From Botryllus schlosseri (Eukaryota), in contig CM119371.1 of the NCBI GenBank assembly GCA_051294905.1, positions 25,608,001 through 25,672,000 of the forward strand: a stretch of DNA of 64,000 bases. Direction: 5' to 3'. Under the pieces are notes generated by a model that saw only the letters and a program-made list of their open reading frames with translations, was not told the origin of the DNA and made no database searches. Position numbers and translations under genes: made by a program. Each line of letters starts with the position of its first letter. Within the stretch, counting starts at the first letter, position 1. Shown one piece after another: positions 14,260-56,247 of this stretch.

Positions 14260-14411
14260 ACTCCAAGATACATAATAGACGGATGACATGGCGAGGAGAG
14301 GCCTAGATAAACCTTCAACACTTAGGTAGGAACCCTTAGAGTCGACCTTGATCGGAATCGAACCTGAAACCCATTGGCGTTGCAGCTGTGGATTATACCA
14401 TTACGCTATCT
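14260..14411 (-). mobile_element. SINE-like repeat copy
   Basis: Reverse complement matches 7900-8056 core (GGTTCGATTCCGATCAAGGTCGACTC, GGTTTATCTAGGC). Confidence 0.65.
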
Positions 14412-17400
14412 TCATATCATTATACAACTACGCTTCAGATGTGGCAATCAATTGTAGCAGGGGTGTCCAAACTGCGACTCTTTGAGCCTTAGATTACGGC
14501 TCATTAATGACTGCACAGCACATGGATATCCCCATATTGCTGAGAAGTTGAATCTGAATATAAGACAATCCATCATATCATGCATTCCAGTAGGCGTATT
14601 GTATCCGTATTGTTTATTACCTTACCGTTTACGAAGGGATAGAAAAATTAATGGACGCCGGCTATACCGGTCGTCATTGAGCTATTGAACTGTCTAATCG
14701 AGATCACGTAAGCATTCCTACGTGAATGTGGAACGTAATGATGAACAGGGAACTTAATACTTAATCCCGGTACATGTTACATTAACTGCGGACAGACAAT
14801 GGTGCATACGGTAGTACATATGAAAGAATATATATAAATTCTTAATGAGTTTGCGAGCTATACAACTAAGCTTTGTAAAGGCTAGAAATGAATAACAAGC
14901 TGGTGTTAAGTTTGCAATTCGTTTTAGTTGTCTGGAATTCGGCATCGATGTGTTGTTCTACAACTTCCCCTTCCAGTCATTGTGTCATTTGATATCTATT
15001 CTGCTACGAAACATGAAACAATGTAGTTTGCCATTTCGCAAATGCAACAAGACTGGTTGATCCCGCCATGAGGTATATTATTACTGATAAAATGCAAGCG
15101 TTGCGACTCTGCTTCATATTCCATGGAAATGAATATGGAACGAATGCTTGGTTTCCAAACACTTTTTGAATAGTATACTGCTCTGCACGATACTTGCATT
15201 GTTTTTATGCTAAGCAAAATCCCTGCCCCTATTCAATATACATCCGTAACTAATCATTCCATTTTAAAATTAATGGGACAGTGGCGGTTCGTCACATATA
15301 GTGCCTCTTTAACTGAGGTGAGTTCATTCGAGAGATTTTCCTAAAACAACTTGAGTTTACTCGGATTCGTCGATGGACTTGTGACTCGGAGTCAAATTTT
15401 TAAGTCAATTATCAGGTCATCAAATATTTAACTTCGCAGGGCATTCAAAACTTTTCCACCGCATTGAAGATGATCCCGTCATTAATACCAATCCCTTGAC
15501 TATAGGCTATAGCATTCGTTCTTATATTTCACTTCAGACCCCCTCTTCCCCTACCCACACACCAGGCGGTGATTGGAATTTTGAAGGGGGCGGAAACACT
15601 CAGGTAGTGTTAATGCGGCCAGTATGACATTACGGGCGCTGTAGAAGATGGGTTAGCTGCAGAGATGATGCAGTGGTTCTCAATCTCATATCGATATATC
15701 TTCCTGAAGTAGACTTCTAATTTAATATATGCCTGAATTCTTCTTGCAAATGGAGGTTTGATAAAATCTGTCATATCTCGTGATTATTCGTCGCGCTTCA
15801 CGCGAAGTACACCAATGCTTGATTTACTAAGTTTCCACAAACGCAACGGTTAGAATAATTATTGTAAAATGTGGTTACGCGTTCATTTCGCGTACTTTCA
15901 TATCGATAAGTATTCCTCAGTACAGATCCATCTTTCTAGGTTGAGATTTTTCGATTAAATGTTATGAAGTTTTGTATTTTAGGTATTGTTCCATGCAGCG
16001 CACTGCGTGTTTAAATTGGGGAAAGTGAACCTATGCGACTTTTGAGAGTGCAGCACGCAAGATCTCAGTCACTTTCACATAATATTCACCCTATTTGTAT
16101 AGTATACACATATAATACTTCAAAGCTTTTTGGCCAAAGTCATAACTCAAAAATCATTGTATTTGAAAGCTACAAAATGAAACTGTCAATTTATTTGTTC
16201 ACCGTAGCATGCAGATGATATCATTTAGTGTAGTGACGCTCTTGCTCACATGCCCATTATACAACATGCGTTGTTTGTTTGGTTGGTTAGTTTGCACTAG
16301 GATATAGGTGTGGTGCTGATGAATCAAAAATTACAAAATGCTATCTGTTACCCAAACCGTCAGCCTAGAATAGCATGTCTTTGATTGGTTTAACACTTTG
16401 GTGCAGGGTCTACCTATCGCTGATGAACATAGGCATTTTCCAAAAATATTTATGAACGTTCAAAATTTGTTGCTCCAACATATCATCAATGAGACATACA
16501 CTCCAATGCCTGATTATCCCAGATTTTCCTGTCGTGTACTATAATCTAAGGCACAGAAATCCAAAGAAGAATGTTTGGTCGCCACTTTCAAAAAATGGAA
16601 TAAATAACAAATCAAATGTTGACAGAAAATGATGTGTTGATTTAAGCTGACACTTACACATATGGGAGTTCATTTATATTGCCGTAAACCGACATCTGAC
16701 TTCGAAATAGCCTGGTATAGCAATAAAACAACACAGGTAAATATGACATACAGCCTCTCTTTATATATGCGTGTTTTTGACCGATTAGGCTACTGCAGGG
16801 GTGGGCAAACTTTTGAGCTCGCGGGCCGCATTCAACATCTGAATCCATTCGCGGGCCGCACTATATAAAATGGGATTATAAACCAAAACGCAATATAGGT
16901 ATTTGATTATATAGTGATACATGGAGTAAAACAAACCAAACATTGCTTTGATGATATCGTACACGCGTCAGAAAGATAGTGGCGAGAATTCATAGGCTGG
17001 TCGACCTCAATAACCAATTTGTCAAAACTATAGAGATGAAAGTCGGTTGTCCCGATTCTTAGAACAGGATTGAAATATAAAATCTGTGAGCAGCGATCTG
17101 TTCATAGATTTACTATTTTCACTTTTGGTTCAGTTCCAGAACACATAATGCTCACAGAATCATAACCATGTTAGCTTCAAACACGCTTCTACTATGTGTG
17201 GATAAAATATAAATGCCCCAATTCTACGCATACATAGAACGAATCTACCTAAGACACGCGCGAATCGGTTTTTATAAGCACTTTACTGAAATACATAAAA
17301 CTGGAGTGGCCAATCTGAAATCCCACTCGTCATCCGAATTATGTCAATCTCGTTTAGGATTTCTGTGATGTTTAGCAGTTGAAACCTTTCGAACTGTGTA

Positions 17401-17470
17401 GGCCTAGAGATCGGGTTGTCGCGCCAGAAATTAAACATCAAAAATAATATAGGCAGCATTTACCTTAGAA

Positions 17471-17781
17471 CAGTGGTTCTCAAACTTTTTAAGACACGAC
17501 CCCCCCCTCCCCCCATTATGATGGTGAAAGATTTCGCGCCCTCTTATCATCATATCAGAAAACGCAACCAGGTTGCTTGCAAACCTAACGGATATAGTTT
17601 GATGGCATGGGAGGTTACGACTATGGATAAGAGATTTTGAAATGTGAAATTCAAATTAAATACAGAGAAAGAACTATGAAATTGTTGGTAAATCGCGCGT
17701 AGCGCGAAAAAATTTTTCAGTCGAGCTCAGCTTCGCGCCCTACTGCTGATGCTTTCACCCCCCTCAGTTTGAGAACCACTG
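17471..17781. mobile_element. hAT (Buster/Charlie-like) MITE
   Basis: TIR CAGTGGTTCTCAAAC...GTTTGAGAACCACTG; TSD CCTTAGAA/TCTTAGAA; right end similar to positions 20-90. Confidence 0.85.
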
Positions 17782-19830
17782 TCTTAGAATTATCATGGTG
17801 AAATATGCTACGAAATAGTTCGATCAAGTCTCTGCATTATTTCGATTTTTAGTACCCATTTTATCAATATTTCAAACAAGTTTCTTTAGACTCTCGCGGG
17901 CCGCACAGAACGGTCTTGAAGTGTAATCATAGAACTATAACAAAAATATTTCAAGTATTTTCGGTCCTAATATCTCATCGGTCCCGCATTTCCCCTCCAT
18001 GCATGTTAAATCATTGGTGCTAACGACGATAAAAGATGGCATTGCTTTATTCGTAATCTGTAGTTGGCCCTGTGTGTGCGTTGAGAGATATACACGAAAT
18101 CGAACTGTAAACGTGGACGTCGGATTTCGTTTTATCATTATCACAATCGCGATGCCGGTTTCTCTGGAGTCCAGAGATCTTTTGAGTCGGAACTGAAACA
18201 ACAGTGCGACAATAGCTATTTTAATTATTTTTTGTTACTAATATATTCTCCATGTAAACTGCACATAAATGTTCTACACTGGCAGTTTTGCATCGGTAAA
18301 TAATTACTTTTCCGTCCATTTCCCATAAAACTTTGTCAACTCAATAGGGAATTTTTTCTTTGTCGAAATTGAATGTCAATGTCCTGGACTTGTTCTTAAT
18401 GATAACTAGAATGAACACACAACTCCGCAGTCGGGTGGTTATATCCCATGAACATGTTCGACATTTGCTTTCTTGAGGTACGATGCATTGGAAGTATATT
18501 TCATGCAAACGAATCTCAACATTTGTTAGAATAAGCTGTATAAGATAAACATTTTTCAAAATACTCGGAATTTATTCGCGGGCCGCCTCAAATCGCCTGA
18601 CGAGCCGTATGTTTGACATCACAGGCATAAACAGACTATGGGCGAATCATTATAATTCCGAAAAGATAGACGAAAGGAAAATAATGAATTACTTTCATAA
18701 ATCGATTATCCAAAATCCTATAACTGCCATTGATTTCTATTTTGTGCTTTTGCTAATACGTAGCTGACTAGGCTGGAGAAATAAAATAAACTATATCAGT
18801 AGCCGTAGGGGTAACACTATCGTTTTATTCAAGCATGGTGATAAGCACGCCTAAACTACACCGAATGCCATCGGACATCATAATAATATTAATGTGTGAT
18901 TAAAATTCGCAACCAAAAATCTTGGTGAAGGAAATCAGTGAAATAATAAGTAACATTACAAAATATTCTACCCGCGGCAATTAGTCTACGTGTACAATAT
19001 ACATAGATCTTCGACGATATAGCAAGCTATCACAAGACTCCGGCAAAACATATATAATAGTATTCATTTGAAATTTCACATTGGAAGTCGTGCGATTGTA
19101 GTTTTGCGGTATTGTGATGACAATGTGATTAGTCTCGTAAGGGATTAGCGTTTGTGCATCTTCGGCCTTCTCTTCCACTCTCCGTAAAACAAATATCCCG
19201 AAATAAATATATATCTTTATGAAGCAAACAGGCCTGTAAACCATATTTGTGCCATGATCAGGAGAAGCGTTGCGCCCACGTAAAACGGGACGATAGCTCT
19301 TTATTGATAGTCGACATTGTGCGAACGGAGAATTACCTTGTCGACATGAGTTCTTGGAAAGATTTCGAGGCAATTACAAATATCATCGCTATATCAAATA
19401 GTTGCCAGATTCGAATATGAGGTATATAATTATTGCGTCATAGAACTGATGCAAACATAAGTGAACGTAGCAGGAACGACTAAGAATTATTCCTAAGGCC
19501 AGGTCCCTTTAATAATAAACAAGTCATGTGGGCCTACATCGTACAATATATATCGCTCGGCGATTGGCGCCATTTTATATGATCGGATAGGGAAGCCGAG
19601 AGGGGATTGTCGTTGAATGTCATCTTATTAATTATTGATTATCGGCAATTATTTAATAAATACACAAATTTCGTCACAATCGTTCTGTACATTATTTGTG
19701 ATTAGATATACAGGTCTACATAACTATATTGATCGAGCATGAAATGGATGGACAAGTCTCAATTCTTTCTATTTCATGCTCCATCAATTTTCCCATATAT
19801 ATCAAATGGCAAAATACTTCTTTATTCTAA

Positions 19831-19970
19831 TGGCAAGTTGGCGTAGCGATATTAACCGTATTTGCGAAACCAATTCCGACCGAGGGCGGCTGCGGAATTC
19901 CTTCCGAAATGTAGGTTTATCTAGCCTCCTATACATCTGATCCGCGTGAGCGCCAGTTTAAAGCCTAGCA
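19831..19970 (+). mobile_element. SINE-like repeat copy (diverged)
   Basis: TGTAGGTTTATCTAG...ATCCGCGT...GCCTAGCA shared with 7900-8056. Confidence 0.55.
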
Positions 19971-20984
19971 GTTAGGTCGTGCTACAAGTTGTCACATGCG
20001 GAATCATAAGAAACAGTATATACAGTACCATGTATACCACAAACACAAACGACCATCAATTCTAATTCAACTTACCTGTAAAATTTTTGGTCGATGAGCT
20101 CCCACGCATCACAAACGCCTCGAAACACTGGAATGTGAAAAAAATTACCTGAGTATTAAGTACAGTAGGCTACCTGATAGATATCTGCAGTGTTTTTAAG
20201 GCGTTTTTTAAGGTTTCCCCCTAATTTCACCAGTCGTTTCCCAAAATTTGGACGTAAAACTATAGATGAAAAGTAGTGGTTGTTTCTCGCTATGTCTTGT
20301 AGATAATACGAATTTACCCTACGATCAACAGTTTACGTCCAAAAAAAAAGAAGAAGTTGAGGTGAATTTAACAGCTGAATCAAATAATTATTCACAAAAG
20401 AATTGCAGCTTCGTTACTCGTCGATGTTTGTTTCTGATTTATGGCGCATAATGATCTGTTTTACGTGTGCAAATATGACAAGCAGAAGCCAACAAGCAGA
20501 CTTTGTTTGATTGTGCAGCAGACTTGTTTGGCGGCCGTGTGGGTCAGGCTGTTTGGTCGCTGTCAAAATAATTTAAGCTGTGCCTTGTCCGATAGGTCAT
20601 TTTATGTTGCGTTGATTGTATTCAGTTTAAATACCCAGGTTTGTACCGCATATTTAAGAGGAGGTCACACGTACAGTAGTCAGACGTGGCACCACTCGCA
20701 CATACGTTTGATTCTTTGCTCAGATCCTGCACGACCGGTGCATGCGGGCGAGGAACGCTCCAGTCGCGTTTCATTCGAGAGTCGCGAGTGAATCTTTCCG
20801 GACGACGCGGAGACCTTCGCCGTGTACGGAACTAGTAGCTAATCCTTATTGGCATCTAGCACTGTCAACTGTGTGACATTTGTAATAGAACAAGAACAAG
20901 CCATATGGGGTGAAGAACTTTAGAATTACATGATACAATCACTTCACTTCGCGTGTACAGGCGTGATAAACTGACTCACTGATT

Positions 20985-22745
20985 TTTGGTTTGTAATATT
21001 TTATTTCTGCAAATTTCCACGGAAATGAAAATGCAATATGAAATAAATACACTCGCGACTTCGGTCACCTTGCTAACATGCATGACATATAAGCAGAACA
21101 ATACCCGCCATTTACGGTGGCGGGGAAAAAATTTTTTATTTTACGAGAAATAAATGCGAGAAAAATCACAAAATGAAAATGCGATAATAATATAAGGGCC
21201 AGAGAAGACATGGCCAGTTCGCCCGGGGACAGGGGACACCAACACAGACAAAGGCCTCCACCAAAAACACACGATATATGTGGTGGAGGCCGACATACAA
21301 CACAAAAAATACAGGGGCGAACTGGCGAGGTCCGACTACAGGCAGTATCATAATAGTTGTGGTGGTGAGAATCCAAAAAATAAAATTATTCGTCATGAGG
21401 TGGGGGAACTCCTCCCCTTAGCATTTAGAACCGCACGAAGACTACAATAAAAATAAAACCACACAGGGGTCCATTTATGTTAATTTGGGGAGGAGTTCCG
21501 TGAATCAATCCAGTGTCCAGTTGCCTGCAGTCGAACCCCGTGATGGCTAGCGGACTAAGCTAATAACCAATAACACAAAACACATAACAAATAAAAAGCA
21601 CGTGAAGGGGGGGATCAAGTCCTCTCGTGGTCCCGCACACTACACCAAGCCTTCCAGACACGATGAGAGCCGCGCTGAGAAGCGACCACGGCTCGCTCGG
21701 AGACCAGTCTGGACTCGAAGACCGAAACACCCATCGCACGTAAGGTGGTCAGGTTCCCGGGGTGGTAACTCCCCAGGGACCCGACCGCGAACGTATGCAT
21801 CTCCACCACCTTGGCCGTGGCAACGCGGAGAGACTCACAGAGGTCTTGTACTTTGAGTGTTTCAGTGCAACGGCAGCGTCCATACTGGCTACTCCATTCT
21901 CGAAGGGGCACACCAAATCGATGACCAAGACCCGGCGACGATCCGCTAAGATGAGGTCGGGTCTCAGCCGCCTGTTGGCCAATGTGGCGTGCTCCTCGCA
22001 AACGCGGTCCACATCGCATCTGGAAAAAGAAGAGGAGCTTGGTATACAGTCCAGGAGCACCCCAAGTACCGAATTGTGCCTGTTCGTGATGCTATCCATC
22101 ACTGGCAGGCAGTGGTTCAGTACGTGGGGCAGGGTCTCAGTATGCTGTCCGCACTTGCAGCAGACCACACTTGGCTCCACACGTTTTCTAAACCGACCCC
22201 GGATCGACCGGAGCGGCAGAAGATTCAGTCGAGCTTTAAGCATCCAGCTACGCTCGACTGCCGTCAGGACGTTGGAAGACCGGAGGAAGCGATTGGAGCT
22301 CCCGTACCGGCTGTGGCACTCCACAGTTTTGCCCTGGTCGGGAAGCTCCATCCACCGTGTTTTCCAACGTTGGTTCACCTTCAGGTGAAGGAATTTGGTT
22401 AAACGACCCAAATCCTGACAGCAGTCGGCGCCTAGAGCCAACTGGTAGAGCCCGTCTTCGGTCACGAACCAGCGAGCACCGAGACGCCTAGCAACGGGTC
22501 GGACCTCGGTCCAAAGCCCGTAGGCGTCTCCGCACGCCCTGGAATCGTGCCCTGTTAGACTCACGCAGTTCAAGAACTCGACTGTCAGGGTCTCCGACGC
22601 CTCTGGGACTCGACAAGTCCTCCGGACGACCAGCGCCAACCTTCCACGCGCAACCGCCCGCACAGAGGGGTCAGTGGAATTGACCATTTTGACGGCCTGG
22701 GAAAACCTCAACACGTCTGCTTCGCAGCAGAGGTTGTTATGCGCC
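20985..22745 (-). mobile_element. 5'-truncated RLE-type non-LTR retrotransposon (R2/NeSL/Utopia group), frameshifted
   Basis: ORF 21749..22849: KARLNLLP, CCKCG..ETLPHVLNHC zinc knuckle, RHN, RPDL, IDLVCPFE, KHSKY restriction-like endonuclease motifs; long 3' UTR; boundaries approximate. Confidence 0.85.
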
Positions 22746-22909
22746 ATTGATTGGAATGTGTACACTCCTACCGGTGGCGACTGTGTACTAATGCCTTCCG
22801 GCCCCTCGTTGTTATCCTGGTCCGTTCCGGATTTTCGCTGGTGTGACAAATCAAAACATTCATTTTCTGACTATGCATTTTTCCTCCAATATTCTAGTTT
22901 CGTTGGGCA

Positions 22910-23700
22910 GTGAAATGGCTTTTGTTATGAAAGAAAAGAAAAGCTTTTTATGCAGAAGAGAAACTGAAAGTGGTGGACGTCAAGGGCAATGAAAGTGAAG
23001 TCTGGAACAATTTTAGCGTGCTCAACCGCACCTGTGGGGGTAACTAGGCCTACTGGATTTGTTTTGTGTCGGCAGTATGGTGGCACATTCTTTCAGCAGA
23101 AAAATCAGTGGAAAATTACGCTTATTTACCCACATTAAAGATAGATGCATTGTATACAAAAATACCGTACCAGGACAATGTTCGATGTCATCATTTGTGA
23201 GAAACAAGAAGATATGCTCTTTTGCAAAGTAATGCCAACGTCCAATTACAAATTACTTGAAGGAGCCAAATCATATATTGAGAAGGATTTTATACCATCA
23301 TGCCATCCAGATAGTGCTGTTGGAAAAGAAATACTATGCGTTGATGCTTTAGAAAAGAAAAGAAATTCCAGCATTTTGAAGTAGGCTATCAACGAATATG
23401 GAATGATTGCGTTCATCGCGGACATGTGGACTGATATCACTGGTTGAAAAGAGTGGAACAGGGCTTTCTGATCACCTTGCTTAAAGAAGCAAGCTCACAA
23501 GCTTTCAGCCAGTCAAAAAATTCTATCCTTTCTTGCACTGATCGACATTGAGTTTTCCTTCAATACCCGGATCTGAAGCTGCCAATGAGTGACTATTGAG
23601 TGCATGTGGCAATGCCATAACAAAGGAGGTAACCTTGTCCCCCCTGGAATCAATAGTTACATTGCACGATCCCTGTTGGTATAATTACTTCATATAACGG
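22910..23700 (+). pseudogene. Degraded hAT (hobo/Hermes-like) transposase
   Basis: Broken frames give TGFVLC (BED-like), IAFIADMWTD (catalytic D-W-T motif) and SIPGSEAANE*LLSACGNAIT (dimerisation domain-like). Confidence 0.55.
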
Positions 23701-24434
23701 TGGGGCTTGGTCTTTGAGTTTTTAATTTCTTGCTTGTTTTGTCACAATAAATATTCAATACCAACCTGTGAACTTTTTTGTCATGTAGTTTTATTGTCAA
23801 TTTAAATCGCAGATAAAACTGAAAGGTTTTGATGATGCTCTAGGAACGAGCCCCCTCCAAGCTGACGTTTAAGCAAATATGGGTATTATCGGGTATTTAA
23901 ATGATGTACTTGCAGTCTCTTAAAACTAATTGGCCGTCACCCAAACCAGACCCTGAAACAAAACCTGGATATCTGTATTCTACAAATTATGCTCTGTCGC
24001 GCAATATAGAGTAATAATTATGTAACATCTAAAATAGGGAGGTTGGGCTGGAAATGCCAATTCTATCTTCAACATTCATAAGCTCCTTTGCAATTAAAGC
24101 AATTGGTGTCACGCTGTTGAGTTTCGACAGAAAATAGGATGGCACTTTTCAAGGTGAAGCCGCACATTGCTGAAGGTGTATCTGAAGGCGAACAGCGGAA
24201 TTCACAAGAATTTTCCATAATCCTTCATTGCCATATTTTGTGTGAAGAATATATTTTAATGGTTGTGATCTTTCATTACGCTGTTGATGCGCACATTATT
24301 TTCTGCGCATGTAATCTATAGTTTAGTAGGATATGTTTAGTGAAATGTGTACTTTGATGACTTTTTGTTTTTATGACCCAGCGAGGATTTGGGTTTCCGC
24401 GAAGGCTTGCATAATAAGGTAAGTTTTCCGCAGG

Positions 24435-51973
<27,539 letters not shown>

Positions 51974-54776
51974 GATCACGATATCAAATAATTACGGTGT
52001 CAGAGAGTACTGAAAATGAAACGACAGTAACTAGAACATTCGAGAATAAGATATTCGGATGAGTTTCTTCCACTTCGCATGTGTGAACAGTGAACACTGA
52101 ACAGTCACAAATTGGCAGTCACGATATCTATGTGAACAAATCGGATTTATATAGCAATTTACAACAATTGTGCACGAAGCGATTCGTTTTTTTTTTCTGG
52201 CATGCTGAGACATTAATACAATATATAAAATAAAATTCACTATAATTCCTCCCACCAAAGACATTCCCGGTGATTGTTGTCGCAGTAGAATGCTGACGCC
52301 CCTAGCGTTTCACATATGCAATCATATAGTTTACGCCAAAACATGAAAACACCGAGATCACCTCGTTGATATAAGCATTACAACAGCTGGATAACTCGTA
52401 ACATTCAAATACACTCTTCAGCGGTAGCTTCCCTAATAGCAATAGAAGGGTTCAATCCATCAGATGGTTGCCAAATAACATAGCAAATATCTGAAAGCTA
52501 TGCTACAGGAATGAAGGGATTCGATTTTGTCATGCATGTGAACGTGGACTGTATACGCTAGCGACGGATAAAAATCCCTAATAAATGTATGCATCATGTT
52601 GTGACCAACACACCAGAATATTACTGCGTAATATTGAATTCTAGCGCAGTTGGCCATCCAAATTGCCTTCAAATGAACGAGATAATATTTTCTGGCTCGG
52701 TTGCCGATGACGTCAGACATAGGATTTGTGGACGGAATCGGATAGAAAAACCAATCACGCAGTTTAGTGACATAAACTCTATTAGATGACAGAATCTTTC
52801 AAAATATTATATAAAGAAAATGACGACTGTAACAGCTAACATGTAGTCCTATTAAAGATTTACGGCAGTCGCAAACACAGTACTATAAATTCAGATTCAC
52901 AATCTGTCGGCTCGATTTATATTCCGTACACCTCTTGTCAACCTAATAACACTCACATCAATTTTTATTGCTTTATAAAATATGCGACGTCTATAAAACG
53001 ATTGTTTGCACATTCCGCAGTGCTACGAAAGGTTTGCAGGATTTGCGCTCGGCATTGAACCACGCTTAAAGCAGCTAGAACCGCATTCTGAGCGAAAAGA
53101 TTACGCATTACACCTCAAATGTGGTTCATACATTCAAAACCTCAGAATTATGCCGAGTCGCGGTATAAATCAAACACCATATTTTAATCCAAATTATGCT
53201 TGACAAACTATAATAATCAAAAATGATGTACTAATGAACGTAGGTACGTATAGGCGTGGAATAGTATGCATGCATATTTTATACACGTTGGATTTACAAC
53301 AGCAATGACTTATATCATGAATTATTTGGTATCGTCTCTTCTGCAAAGTAGCAAAACGAAATAAGCTGGCGATTAGTGTGTAATTACACTAAGGGTGTGA
53401 GAAATGGGTCAATAATCATGCAATCGGTTTGTTTGTCAAGGCTCATCATGCACTCACGGCATGCATATGCACAGATCGTGTGTATGTATATCATCAGTCG
53501 GTGTATGCGGCGCAAAAACTTCAAGGACAAATATTTACAACGACCTATCTTATCCTATCTCACCCTACCTGAAGATGTTAGCATCTATAGACCTGGGCTA
53601 TTCAACCTTCTTGGTTTGGTGTGCCCGGAGGTTTTTGTAAATAAATAATGTACCCTGTTTTGTTTTCACTCACTGCATGGAGGTGGTAATATAAATATGC
53701 ACAGTTGTATATTGTGTATAATTGACAAATATGTTGGATAGCGAATTATTTCGATACAAAATGATCGACTGCTGATACAATAATGCAGCTGAATGGTCGA
53801 TTTTATATTCACATGCGTGCCAAAATTATTATCGACAGACACACAGATCACAATATTGCTTATCCTAATATGTGGAAATGATTGCTGAAATATATATTCT
53901 CTATTCAATGTCCAATGGATATCCTGCGTCGTAACATTTTGGAAAGGCATTGAAACTGGAACAAAGATGCCAGTGACAATGGGATAATACCTAGTCATAA
54001 TTTGCTGAATACTATTGAATATTCCTATATTTATGCGAGAGGATCATATACTTTCTGATCGCTAGACACTTGCACTGCACACTTGTATTCTTGGCCCAGT
54101 TCAGAGAAAACTGATTTAATGTGACAAGTTTATGATGCACCCTTGTAAACCTGTTCTTACTGGTGCACCCCATGCTAACACCGTTGGCTGATCTACACCA
54201 TCAAATCCCGCCGCTACCAAGGGATCACGTATACTCTCACGGTGCTACTGACGGCAATGAAAACATGCATGCTGGATCACTAAACCATTCACCGATTAAA
54301 CGCATGGCGAAACGAACGGAAATGGGGAAACAAACCATCGGAATAACTGCGACAAGGACTGCTCGAAAGAAAGGGGAGAAGATTGAGCGAGCTTGGAAAA
54401 GTAAGTAACCCGAAGTCGTGCGCTCATGAGAGATATAAAGTCAATGCAACGGAGGCGAACAGTCTATGATTTCGTGGTGCAAAAGATATAGAACGAAAAA
54501 AGCGGCATTTTGATGTCGTGATTCAATATTAATTTGTCCCAATACCACGACACCTGTTGACTATATATGTCCATCTGATAAACTATTAGTCTGCACCAAA
54601 TACTCCAACGACGTGTTTTCTAATCTCTTTTTAACCCTTCTAGCTCTTGAGATTTCAATACCATTTATCGAACCCCATATCCATCTTCAACACCACTCCT
54701 GATGGTACCGATATCACAATCAAAAAGACTAATGAGATTAAATCGCGCGTGGCGCGAATTAAATGTTTGACTAGAA

Positions 54777-55989
54777 CAGTGGTTCTTAACCTTTCTTCCA
54801 CCGCCCCCTTTAAAAAAATTATCGTGCTCAAGCGCCCCCACCTCATATTGTAATGGCTATAATAAAGACAACGTGTAACAGCACTTCGTCAGCCCCCCTA
54901 AAAACGATTGTTTTGCGAGACCATAGCGTGATAAATCAAACTTTTGAGGGCTTCGCCCCAAGAAATACGTCGCGTGATTTCGATGGTCAGCAACATTTGA
55001 GAGACCTATGCTCGCCCTAGGCGCCAACATTTTCTATAATGCAGGAATGAATAGGTGGTAATTGCATATAAACTTATTAACTTTTTAATCCTCGAAGCAC
55101 ACGTAATCAGATTTACCGGTAGCGCTGAGTGAGATGTTCTATTGGAAAATGAAGGCCACGTAAATAAATAAATAAACATATTCGGGCACATGGACAATTA
55201 GAGTTATATACATCGAAGTTCACGGTCAACATAAGGGCAATCCTCTTCGGCTAAGGTTTTATCGCTGACGATCTTTCTTCCACACTTCATGACCGGAACT
55301 TCGTGCCTTCGTGCATTGTGGCGTGGCAATGGCCGACGCCGAAATGCATATTTCTATTTTCGATGGTTATAACTGTTCTTCCGTGAGGGAGTCGTCAAAA
55401 CATGATGTGTAATTTATGTTCATTCACCGAAATAATTTGAGGCACCCTTCGAGCTCACCGATTGGGGATTTGGGTTGCAGCAGTTTCGGTCCTGATAAGA
55501 TGTCAAAGTCCAGTCGGTCTCAAAAGTGATATACAGTGCCTCCTTCGATTTTCACACGCTGTTCGCTGCGGGATATAATACCTAAGTTGAAACATTTCGT
55601 TGAAAATACCCCTAGCGAGCGTGACGGCAGTGTTTTAACGGAACATTGGCGATCTAAAAGTATGCGAAATTTGTTTTACATGAATTATAAAAACCCACTA
55701 CATTTTAAAAAACATATGTAGCAAATATCGTTGCGTAGCGCGACCAAACATTTCGGGATTTGATATGTTTTGTGGAATGTTAATTTGCTCTTAATACTCA
55801 TTAAGGATATTTACAACTACCACATCGGATACTGCGAAGCCATTTTTCTTCAGCGCCCCCCATTTCGCCCCCTGAGTCCAGCGCCTACCATATCGCCCCC
55901 TGAGCGTTTCCGCCCCCTGAGCGTTTCCGCCCCCTTCAAAATCGCTAGCGCCCCTTCGCGGGCGCTGGAGGCAAGGTTAAGAACCACTG
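54777..55989. mobile_element. hAT (Buster/Charlie-like) non-autonomous element
   Basis: TIR CAGTGGTTCTTAACC...GGTTAAGAACCACTG; exact TSD GACTAGAA; CGCCCCC subterminal repeats. Confidence 0.9.
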
Positions 55990-56210
55990 GACTAGAATAA
56001 ATCTGCACCGAATTGCAGGTCTAATTCCGATACATGCATCATGTACAACTGATATTTTGTGCTTCGTACTCCCATGCGGTTAAGAACCGCTACTCCATCG
56101 GGTTGAGACAAGCTCTGCCGGCCTTAGGGATCATATATTGTCCTCTCCTGGTCTACACTACACTTTGTTCATGTATTTGCTCTTGATTTGTTGGTAAGAA
56201 GTATAAAAGC

Positions 56211-56247
<37 letters not shown>

